A DNA stretch of 54,230 nucleotides, filler included, from Sphacelaria rigidula (lineage: Eukaryota), in assembly GCA_964200075.2 (NCBI GenBank). It is 5 parts of 5 records of this genome, joined end to end, with 100 filler letters (N's around TTAATTAATTAA, not from the genome) between each part and the next. Parts side by side here need not be neighbours in the genome. Positions count along the whole stretch, not along the records: positions 21,735 to 32,500 come from CAXNAA020005952.1; positions 32,601 to 43,365 come from CAXNAA020005953.1; 3 more parts are not named here. One strand, 5' to 3'. The notes below the pieces were generated by a model. That model ran no database searches. It was not told where the DNA came from and saw only the letters and a list, made by a program, of their open reading frames with translations. The translations under genes and the position numbers were made by a program. Below are positions 25,358 through 35,540 of this stretch, in pieces (the first letter of the stretch is position 1; each line of letters begins with the position of its first letter).

Positions 25358-25450
25358 AAACACACACACACACACACACACACAGGGAGGCCGAGAGAGA
25401 CGGAGGGGGAGGGAGGGAGGGAAAGAGGGAGGGAGAGGGAATGAGAGAGA
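25358..25450. repeat. (CA)n microsatellite followed by a GA-rich tract
   Basis: About 12 CA units, then a purine-rich low-complexity run that acts as the pyrimidine-rich intron end on the minus strand. Confidence 0.9.
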
Positions 25451-25814
25451 GAACAGCACGCGTCTGCATGCCCTGTCCCTGGTCCGGTTCCCAGGTTCCG
25501 AAAAATGTGAAGAACAAACAAAGCACTGAAAACAAAAAGGAAAGAAAAGGCGAAGTAGAAATATATAGTTTGGAAGTATTTTCACCTCGGGGACCTATCC
25601 ACCCACCATTCGATATCATCACAGGGTGCTTACTTGCAAGGTTCGGATAAAACCGTGATTGGGCTCATCTTCAACATGTGGAGGAATCAGTCATACGACT
25701 CGTACACAAATTTAGAACCGGGCACGTTTTGGATTCGTGATTCATACAACACTACTTGGAGTACGCAAATTCAAACTTCGTAATTCGTGCGGTACACTGT
25801 CGAAGGTAGACGCT

Positions 25815-26220
25815 TCCTAACCTCCATTCGTGTGGTATGAATCATATTGACATGTTTCCCACACTCCGTTTATGTAGTATGAATCATAGGTTGATGTTTC
25901 CCAATTTCCGTTCGTGTAGTTCGAATCACGGACACACGTACCCCACCTTCCATTCATACGCCATGAATGACAGGTACATGGTTCGCCCCTTCTATCCATA
26001 CAGCATGAACCCTACGTAGATTTTCCCCACCTTTCATTCATGCGAGGTGAATCAAGCGTACACTTCCCAGTTCCTATTCATGTAGCGTGAACCATGCGTA
26101 CATGTTCCCCGCCTTTTACTCTCGTTTTTTTTTATTCATGCATGAATAAGACGTACATGTTCCCGACCTTCTGTTCATACGATCTTGATCATGAGGACAT
26201 GTTTCCCACCTGTCACTTTT
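25815..26220. repeat. Degenerate ~39-bp minisatellite, array 1
   Basis: Units like cccaccttccattcatacgaggtgaatcaagcgtacatgtt, about 10 copies. Confidence 0.85.
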
Positions 26221-26575
26221 ATAGGTCGCGACTCTTCGGTGGCGCAGCCTTTGTGCTGCTCGGGTAGGCGAAAAGAGCGTACAGGTCGCGAGTCCTTTAA
26301 GAGCCAAATCCGCCATGAACCAAATTTGAAATAATATACTCGCACGTAATACAATACATCCCCTATAAACAAAAGAGAGTTTCGGAAAACGCTTTTTTGT
26401 CATTTCAGAGTGCAAATATCTCAGGATCAGAGGGTAACGAAAATTTATTTCCCTCTCCTTCAAACGTGGTCACCCCGCGACTGTTTTTCGATGGGGTGTT
26501 CTTTTTTCATTCTGCACTGTGGTCCCGAGATATTTGCACTCTTAAATGACAAAAAAGCGTTTTCCGAAACTCTCC

Positions 26576-26790
26576 AATGTTTTCGTGAGATTGAGAGTAG
26601 AGGATACGATTGAGAGTGAAAAGCGGTCAATTAATGAATGAAGCGTTTCAGTTCCGAAATGCCTCTCGACGAGACCCGATATGCGTGATCTGTAGTAGCT
26701 TGCCACTGAGGCCCTCGTCATCCCTGAGTAGGATATCGACGTGTAGCTGTAAGGACACGCCCGTGATGGAGGCAAAGAAAAGCACACACG
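26576..26790 (+). mobile_element. Truncated copy of the MITE at 49360-49652
   Basis: gttttcgtgagattgagagtagaggatac...agcggtcaa...tgagtaggatatcgac...gaaaagcacac matches 49364-49565. Confidence 0.8.
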
Positions 26791-27249
26791 GATCTCCGCC
26801 TAAATTCCCCAAAACTATTTCTTCATCTAGGATGTTATCAGAATCCCAATTTGTAGGGCGTGTAGAAGTTGTCAACAGCTACCATTAGGTGAAGGAATGG
26901 AACCATATTTCAAAGATTTGGTGTGGATACGAAGATGTTAATTTTCCCGGTTCCCATCCTCGACGGAAAGTTTCATCCTCAATTTCGATGATCGGCTGTC
27001 TTTTTTTCATGTTTTGTTCTGCGGTGCAGTAGTTGGCCGGAATATTTAAAACAGCACGGAGACAGCTTCAGGCTGCATCAGCACTGCAAGAGTCGTCCCC
27101 GCATGTTCGCGTGAGCTTTCGGAAACACTCCGGCAGCGCCCACTGCAGTCAGGGGGCAGTGCAGCACAGTACAGCATGATACTGTTCAATCTGTACAGCG
27201 GGCAACAGGCAACAGTACGGTAGTACGAAACCTTGCAGTCAATGATACG

Positions 27250-27760
27250 ACATGTATCATGAGTACATGCTCTATTTCCCCCCTTTGATTCATGCAGCAT
27301 GAATCACGTGGTTTTTGTCCATAACTTTCCGCCTTGCATTCGTGAGCATGCATTATAGGCACACACGTTTCCCACCTTTCAGTCATCCGAGGCGAATCAA
27401 GCGTACATAAATGTATCTCCCCTTTCATTCATGCAGAATCAATCACGGGCACATGTTCCCCACCTTCCATTCCTACGAGGTGAATCAAGGGTACACGTTT
27501 CTCATTTTCCGTCCATGCAGCATGAAGCATACATACATGTTTTCCACCTTCCATCCATACGAGGTGAATCAAGCGTACATGTTTTCCAATTCCCGTTCAT
27601 GCAGCATGAATCACACGTACATGCGCTCCACCTTTGATTCATACTAGATTAATCAGGTGTACATATGTCCCACCAATGATTCATACAGATTGCGATTCGT
27701 ACACAGTTATGCGCTCTTGATTCGTGTGACACTACTTGGAGTATACACATTGAACCTTCG
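27250..27760. repeat. Degenerate ~39-bp minisatellite, array 2
   Basis: Same unit as 25815-26220; the flank acactacttggagta is shared with 25749-25764. Confidence 0.85.
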
Positions 27761-29581
27761 TCCTCCGCGCCGTACACTCGCGACCATTCCGTATACTGGA
27801 ACAGCTGCCACGAGTTGCTTTTCTTTCCTTTCTTCGTTGTACGCACCTTTTGTCTGGATTTGTTTAATTTGCTGTTTTCTTTATCTCTTTGTCTTGTCGG
27901 TCGAGAGGTTCCGGAGCGAGCGCTGACATATCTGATCCCCCCGTCTGGAATATTTGCGCTTCTGTCCAATCGCGTGATTCGTGCGGTATGTCCTTGAACG
28001 TACAACTTCGCCACCCGTGATTCATACCAGATGATTCGCATTCAACATTCATGTTCTTGGGCCATGCGGCGTCGTGCCTTGTGATGGGTTGGACGACGGC
28101 TGTGGAAGGCCGATGTTGGTCAGATGGAGGAACACTTCGAACAATATATGAGACAGCATGAGAAATAATGAGGTACAACATACACTGAGTAGTTTTTGCT
28201 GGGTACACCTACCCCATTGTTGGACAAAATAGGGCAGGGTGCTCTGCGACGGCCTTGTTTCCCGCGGTGCTGTTCGGCCCTAAATCACGCTCTGTCTTCG
28301 CGAAAGTTGATGTACGTGCTCTGCTTGGGTGTGGGGATTGATTTTCGAAAGGTTCGGGCCTAGCACCGACAGCTCTAACTTCCGCGGTACCTGCACCTCC
28401 GTTTGGGCTAGAATAGGTGATGATGTACCCACTTGTGCTTTTTGCCCAAAATAAATGATACACAGATCGACGAAGTAGTTGGTTTTGGTTGTTCAAAATT
28501 CTGATACGGTAAAGAAAGTACATGCATTGTCTATAACCAGTTCACCCCCCTTGAGTACGAGCGATACCGCACAAATTAACCAACACCCCTTGGAGGATCG
28601 AGCACTGAACTGGAAAGTAATGAATATTGCCTTGACAGAAGAAGAATATGATTTGGCAGCATTCACAATGCGAGAATTACATGCATAAGTCACAAGGTTC
28701 GAGGGTCACGAGTAATAGAGAGTGTGTTCTGTCATTTTTGAGCGGTAGCGGTGGTCTCAAGCACAGAGAAGCCGCTGAGAAGTTGTATCGAGGGAATGTA
28801 CATGCCCTGAAAGAGCGGGGGGGGGGCGTACTCGTGTGTTGCTTGCCTTAGTCGTTTGACCATTGACCACGCATCCCTTTCGAGAAGGAGCGGGGGGGAT
28901 CTTTTCCAAGTGATCGATTGAGCCAAAATTTGAAGTTTTTACGCGTGAGTCATTATCTGCTTTGAGATGGTCAATGCGGAACAGGACCCACAAAAGGGTC
29001 AGCGTTTGGAATTGCATTTTACCGGTAACAGCATTACAGCGACGGTTGTTGATAAATGCGCCGAGAGCTTGGGAGGTAGACGCATCAGTATTTACTCCTT
29101 TCGGCGACTTGAACAGCCAGCCAGTTTCTTGCTTGAGTGCAGGCAGAACGGCGGTGAGCCCAAGTCCGTGACACCCGTGACAAGTGGGGCGGTTGCATGA
29201 CGACAGCGTACTGCACAGTAATGATACTGTGACGATTCGCATGGTTTGGAGTTACACCTTTCCGCGTTGTTTGCAGCAAAAATTGGCCAATGACATATAC
29301 TACAGAGAAGTACCACGTTTGACCACCGGGCGCGGTGGCTTGGCAATTATTCTTTCATACTTCTCAAGAAAATCCAGGGATTCGAGCCGACGAAAAAACA
29401 AAAAAAAGTAACGCACAAGAAAAGAAAAACAGGATCGGCGAATGTATCATCTTTGCGATCGATGACGCACGATACATGAATAAAATACATGTCTTCCCGC
29501 CGGGAAAAACACAAATACGAGTAAAACAATGAGTTTCAGCTTCTTGTTCTCTTTTTTTGTTTTTCGCGAAAAAACACCCAC

Positions 29582-29787
29582 CAGCGTGCCGAAGCTTGAG
29601 TGTGCAGCCCAGACTTGTGCGTTCACATCCAACAGTACGTCGTACGGTGTCATATCTCTCGACTCGTAGATCTCCTCGGGGCAGCTCGAATGGCACTCCC
29701 CCTCGCCGGAGACGCATCTATCCGGCAGCCGTAGGTAGCCCTTCCGCCAGAGGTACTTCGTGACAAGCGGGACCATCTCGTAGTATC
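29582..29787 (-). CDS. Internal exon of a probable tyrosinase-like (di-copper) protein
   Basis: ttggcag| YYEMVPLVTKYLWRKGYLRLPDRCVSGEGECHSSCPEEIYESRDMTPYDVLLDVNAQVWAAHSSFGTL |gtgggt; coding-like GC3. Resembles the Cys-rich insert before the CuB site of heterokont tyrosinase-like proteins (from memory); copper-binding His exons are not on the contig. Confidence 0.65.
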
Positions 29788-30653
29788 CTGCCAAGAGGAC
29801 ATTTGAGGCGAAGATTGTGACATAGCTGGACCAAAAAACAAAAACAGAAGGGAGGTAGTCATGCTGAGGTATATACCTCAGCATGTCTGGGACAATTTCA
29901 GGTACACCCCCTGTGGCGTTGTGATCTTTGCCTCTGGATACGGCAGTCTGATTGGTCGAGGCTGCAGGATATCCGATCACGACTGCGAATCCCGCAGGTG
30001 TGCCTGAAGCTGAGTACTCTATGTGCGTGCCATGTCCCGCGGAGCACGGATTTCCCCCGCCCCTTCCCCCCCGCGCAAAGCAGACGTAACACAGAAATCC
30101 TAACGGCAAACAAGTGGGACCCCCCCAGAGACTAAACCCCAGAACACGACTGAACAGCTTCCTATCATAGCGCCTTGAGAGGTTCGGGCAGGAGCATAAT
30201 CAATGACCGGTTAGGCCTTGTCTTTTTTTGCCAAAAAAATAAAAAAAAGCGTCCGACGTTGGTAACTTCCCGTCCCCGTGTGCATTGCATGCACACGGTG
30301 TAGGGGGGGGGGGGGGAGACGCGAGGCTATTGATAGCTAAAAGGTGATAAGAAACGTGGTCTTCCGCCGAATAACTCGAATATGCCCTAGTACGAAACCC
30401 AGAACCTAGCGTCCACCAGGCGAGATACAAATCTTACGTTGAAAAAAATGTATAGTCCTACCACAGCATAATGCTGTTGCGCTCTAACCGCGATGTCCCG
30501 TTGGTCTGACTGGTACAGTACAATGCGCACACCTTACACCACTTACCGTAGGGTTCGGGAAGAAGGCGGGTTCGATATTCGGGCGGAGGTATTCCGAGTT
30601 TTTTTGTGAGTATCTGATTCCCGTTGGTTGAAGCGTGAGGACGTGCGTGATTA

Positions 30654-31144
30654 GGCCGGATGTTATGGCACACAGAGTTGTGGCCGACGGATTGTTCACT
30701 TTTGGGACGTTTGGCCCACTTTTTGACCTCCAAACCGGGAAAATCGCCAACACACGTCTTGAACACTTTGCATCACCCCACAGAGAGGAGCCTAGCCCAC
30801 TTTTCAGATTCGCTTGGCTCCAGGGTTTCAAGAGTGGTCGTTGAACAATAATCCGTGTGTGATAAAATCTACGGCGGTCCCCACGGATTATGGGGCAAAC
30901 TGCCGTATGTTGGCAAGCACAGATTATTGCACATCAAGTATTGTTCAGCCGCCCATCTCGAAACCTCGGAGCCAAGTGAATCTGAAAAGAGGGATAGGCC
31001 AGGCTAGGCCCTCTCTGTGGTGTGATGCACAGTGTCCGAGACGAGCCTTGGTGATTTTCCCTGTTTGGGGTTCAAAATGTGGCTCAAACATCCCAAAAGT
31101 GAACAATCCGTGGGCCAATAATCTGTTCGCCATAGAATTCGGCC
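30654..31144. mobile_element. Tourist-like (PIF/Harbinger) foldback MITE, 491 bp
   Basis: About 200-bp imperfect inverted arms around a ~90-bp spacer; ends GGCC...GGCC flanked by TTA on both sides (30651-30653 and 31145-31147). Confidence 0.85.
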
Positions 31145-32500
31145 TTAGTATCAGAATGTTTTATCTGGCGAAAGTGAGTCTAAGCGATGCGCAAGGGCTA
31201 TTCCGATCCGATCCGATCCAATCCAATCAAATCCGCGATAATAATTCCGAAATGAATGGCGTATACATACTGAGAGAGAGCTGACGGGTTCTGATGATCC
31301 CTTAACAACGGGCTCGTCCCGAAGAAGGGGAAGGGGAAGGGGAAGGGGGACGGGTTGAAAGTGCGACGAGGAAACGAGGGGGAAAAAAGGAAGAAAAAAA
31401 CGTACAGGATGTCGATGCCCGGATAGAGAGTTTTGAGGAACGTAGACACAATGGCGACGGTGTCATGGTGATGCCTACTACAATGATGGCTATCCCGACG
31501 AAAGAGGCGTTGACACACTCGCACCCTGTGTGCACTAGGCGTAAACGCACATTGGTCCCCAAAGGGTTTTAACACACACACATACATACACAAGCATCAT
31601 GACCTCCAATAGTGGGCGGTTTGGTGCATATGGGGTAACACGTGCGTGCTTTGCGCGGCACGACACTGCGCGGCACGGCACTGACATTCATAAGACATTG
31701 CCACGTACTGGGTGTCAACTTTACGGAGTACACGTGAGTGGTCACTAGGTTTCGCTAGAGCGGGTCACCAGCTGCACCTATCACTGTGCGGAGCTTATTC
31801 CGTAGCCGTTGCATTTTGCGGAGGGCAGAACGCGCGTGGCAAAGAGACAGGTAAAAGCAACTTAGCGATAATACGGCGATGTGGACGAGGACTGACGTTT
31901 CGCTCGGGGGGGGGGGGGTTACTCATTTGTTGCTTGCCTTAGTCATTTGACCATTAACAACGCATCCCCTTCGGGACGGAGCACGGGGGATGGAACGCGG
32001 TCGTACCTTCAACCCTTGGTACGTAAGTAAGCCCCACCTCCTTCCCTCTTGCCCACTGTTGTTGTACAGGCGAGCCAACCTGCCCTCTCAATCATATTGG
32101 GATGGAATCCTTTCGGTCGAACTCTCAGGGAAAAGGGCACCCGTCAGGCGCCCCCTGGACGGCCAAGAATCACTAGCTGGCATGTACTCTTACGTCATTG
32201 TCATCTTACAAGAGTCGGACGCTAACACCCCGATATTGTACCGATATCGCGAAGTTTTCACAGCTGATGTCGGATATCTTATCGTGTCGATCGCTTTCTC
32301 GATACGCATGACCAGTTCCATATACAAGCTCGAGGAGGAAAATATACAATTTCAGATACCCCTGTTGAGCTCGCATTCGTGATCAGGTATTTAGGAATAA
32401 TGCCGAGATAGCCCCCCCCAAAAAAGTGCACCGGAGACGGTCCGATAAACCGGCTGCGATCCCACTATTGGACTCGCTTGCAGCAATTTCGCCCACATGA

Positions 32501-32600
32501 NNNNNNNNNNNNNNNNNNNNNNNNNNNNNNNNNNNNNNNNNNNNTTAATTAATTAANNNNNNNNNNNNNNNNNNNNNNNNNNNNNNNNNNNNNNNNNNNN
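32501..32600. other. Artificial contig-joining spacer
   Basis: Same 100-nt N/TTAATTAATTAA structure. Confidence 0.97.
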
Positions 32601-34466
32601 ACTCATTATACTAGAACCAAGTGATTTCCAGACAAGTCATTATTTGTCCCACCCTTGCGAGCTTTGGATCGAAAAAGAACGGTACAATTCGTGAAAAGGT
32701 ACATGCTCACTCGTCCAGAGTACAGTCTGTACCGTCTGCACTGCTCGCAAGCAATGTCTCGAGTGCGTGTGTGCGTGTTTTGTACAGAAGGGTATGAAGG
32801 AGAAACGGGCAACGTGCAGTGCAGACATGACAGCACAGTACTATCAGTCCTCGTCGCCTATAATGTGACGTGAAGAGGACTTAAGCAACGTGCAGCTTGT
32901 ACTGCCTGCACTGTTGTTCATGAGCGTTCAGGTGTGCTTCAGCACGTTCGTGACGAAACGAAATGTGCGAACACCGACTGATGCATGTGGGTCAAAGTGA
33001 TCTCCGCCGCCATGAAGTTTCCGTAAGTTCCAACCAACGGCTAGCATTTGGCCAACAGGGTACCACGCACACGGGAACACATGCCCCAAGAAGAAAAGAC
33101 ATCAATGGTGTGGTCGGTAGGGTATTTATCCCGCCCGATACACCTTTGAAGGGCATGGAAGTTTAGCTGCCCGTTACCATCTCTGCGATTTATGATGCCG
33201 AAGCGCCGAATCGCACTAGTACCACCACCGCAAAAGGTACGAAAAACGACCTCAGCAATGACAGTGTGTTCACATACACCGCACAGGCTTGGTATCTGCT
33301 TGACGGACCAGGGAAAATCTTTGAGTAATGATCTAGCTTGTTCAAATTAGGAGCCAAATCGACGGGCCTCTCGTTGCACCAGACGTGACACCCACGTCAC
33401 AAGTTGTGGTATGAATCGCGGTGGAGTACGCGCATGTGTGAGGAGACCAGTTAAAACCAGTCTCGCCACTCTTAGATGATGAAATTTATCGATGAGGGAT
33501 GTGCTTTTTAAGAAAATCTTGACCGTGTGGTAGCTCAGTGCGGGGAATGAAGGACCCCTTCATGATGCACGACATCCGCTACCATACTGCCCAGACGCAG
33601 AACAGAACAGTTCACGGTACAACTGCTGCACTCCATGTCCTGCGACGTGATACCGTCCGTAACTGACATGCTCTAAATACAACATAGTCAAGAGGTGCTG
33701 AACGGGAAATTGGTGCAACTGGTTCTTCGTGAACACCACGGATAACATGGTCCACATTTTACCGTACACGATTGATGTGAATAAATCTGACGCTCACTTG
33801 CTGTACAGTCAGCCCGACATTCAACGGCTACACGGCTTCGGCATGTAGCGTTGCAGGCATCGCGAAACGGGTGACATACAAAACAGCAAATATACACGCA
33901 CAGACAGACAAGAGTATGGCAAAGTGGCAGAGAGTGTGGCAAAAATGGCAGGGCACAGCACGGCACTTCAACGAACTGTACTGACGCGAGATAGTGGTGG
34001 ATTTCACGCAGGGGTGTCATGTTGCTCAGTTCGACCCTACCTTCCCAGGCTGATCGACGGTTGCAGACCAAAGAGGTGCATCCTACGCAATTAGTAAAAG
34101 TACAAGCAAGCCATACGGCACCCACCTGCGTTGCTCGATAAGGACGTCTGGACACGTTGACAGCATGCACAAGTGACAGATTCAAGATCATGTATACACC
34201 GTCTGTGGACTACACATTCGTGGCAATGACACGCGTCACAACTCAGAGTAAAGACGGCTGTGCATACAAGATCTTTCGTGTGGTTCTTGCGCCATCAATG
34301 TGCGCATGTATTCCGCTCATGTAAATGAAGAGAGCCGACGTTTATTACGGCATTGCACCCTTGTGCACACGTCAGGAATAGTTGTACCCGAAGCGACACT
34401 CCATAGCCAACAAACAAAACATATTCGTAGACTCGCGATTAACCCCCGTCTTCCCTCTGCACTCAC

Positions 34467-35077
34467 CTCTTTGGCGTGTACTCAAAGGCCTGCTCTACTG
34501 CCGCCATGGTGTCTTCGAAAGCCACGCCCTCGGGCTCGCTCACCAGTCGCTCCCTCAGACTCGACACAACCACTTCGCCCTCCGACGTAGCACCAGCTGC
34601 ACTCAGCATAGTCGTAGATGCTCTCCTTCTTCCGCTGACACACAGTGCACACGAGCACGCCTCGGACTGACATGAGGCGCAGGAGGGGCACTTGCAGGCA
34701 GCACCGTGAAGCCGGGAGCAGTCTCCGCAACCGCAACCTGCCCCATGAGCCTGCAAACGAACCGAGCAAGCACTGCAGCGGCAACCCCTATCGTGCGATC
34801 TCGCAGACATTGAGGTCGAACGGCACGAAGAACACGTGCAAGACGAGCCGTGGATCCCCAAAGCACATTTGGGACAGGTGCAACCCGCGCTGTTGCAAGA
34901 GCGGACGGCTGCGTCGAGCGCATTGTGGGCGAGGCTCGAGGTGCCCACAACGGAGGTGCGTGCGGTGGAGAGACCACCGGGTGCTACAAAAAAGGCATCG
35001 GCCGTGATGATATTTTTGTTGGTGGCGACAGTCACGAAGGCAAGAATGGCCGTTCCCAATGGACTGAAGGGCTTCAT
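34467..35077 (-). CDS. Exon 1 of a predicted plastid-targeted protein: signal peptide, Cys/His-rich repeats and start of a HopJ-like domain
   Basis: ATG at 35077; hydrophobic N-terminus ending ADA-FFVAP (ASAFAP-like); six CxCxxC motifs; then LRERLVSEPEGVAFEDTMAAVEQAFEYTPK, matching the HopJ-family N-terminus (FxDTxAxIxxxYxxTP); donor AG|gtgagt. Later exons not found before the contig end. Confidence 0.8.
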
Positions 35078-35540
35078 GATTTCGTTGCGCTGCGGATGTT
35101 TGTCGATCGGCTGACCACCCCTGAGCCTGCTCCGTATCTTCTCGAGCTGTGCTGTTCGTGCTGCTTACGACGGTTCCGTTCCGTTCCGCTGAGCATGACC
35201 ATCATTACAGACGAATTAAGGGGCAATGGTCATTTTTGGGGAAATTCGGAATTATTCTGAATCCTCGTATATTGCGATCTTTGGGTATCAGCAGAGACAG
35301 CTCGCTACACCTCGCTGCCTTGCTCTGCCTGTGTTTTTCGAAGGCACGCTCCGCAGTCCACGGCGTTTTTGAATCACCTAAAACGAGAGAACCCAAGTAA
35401 CAAGAGTTGTAATTACACGTGCAAGAGAAGGGAAGGCCCTCCAAGAAGACGTTGACGCGCGTACCGCTGGCATTATCGTCAAGCAGCAACAGCCGTCGAC
35501 CTTTTGACACAACCCTGCCAGAACCACCGAGCGGGCAGAC
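35078..35540. promoter_or_regulatory. Putative bidirectional promoter region
   Basis: Only 463 bp with no recognised repeat between two divergent start codons, in otherwise TE-filled DNA. Confidence 0.55.

Noticed and set aside
25815-27700. ~39-bp periodic repeats as a CRISPR array
   Set aside because: Whole units are degenerate copies with no unique spacers, there are no cas genes, and the context is a eukaryotic intron.
29582-34467. Joining the HopJ-like exon to the minus-strand exons at 29787 and 25304 as one gene
   Set aside because: They are separated by an artificial spacer, the phases are incompatible (phase 2 end versus phase 1 start) and the peptides are unrelated.
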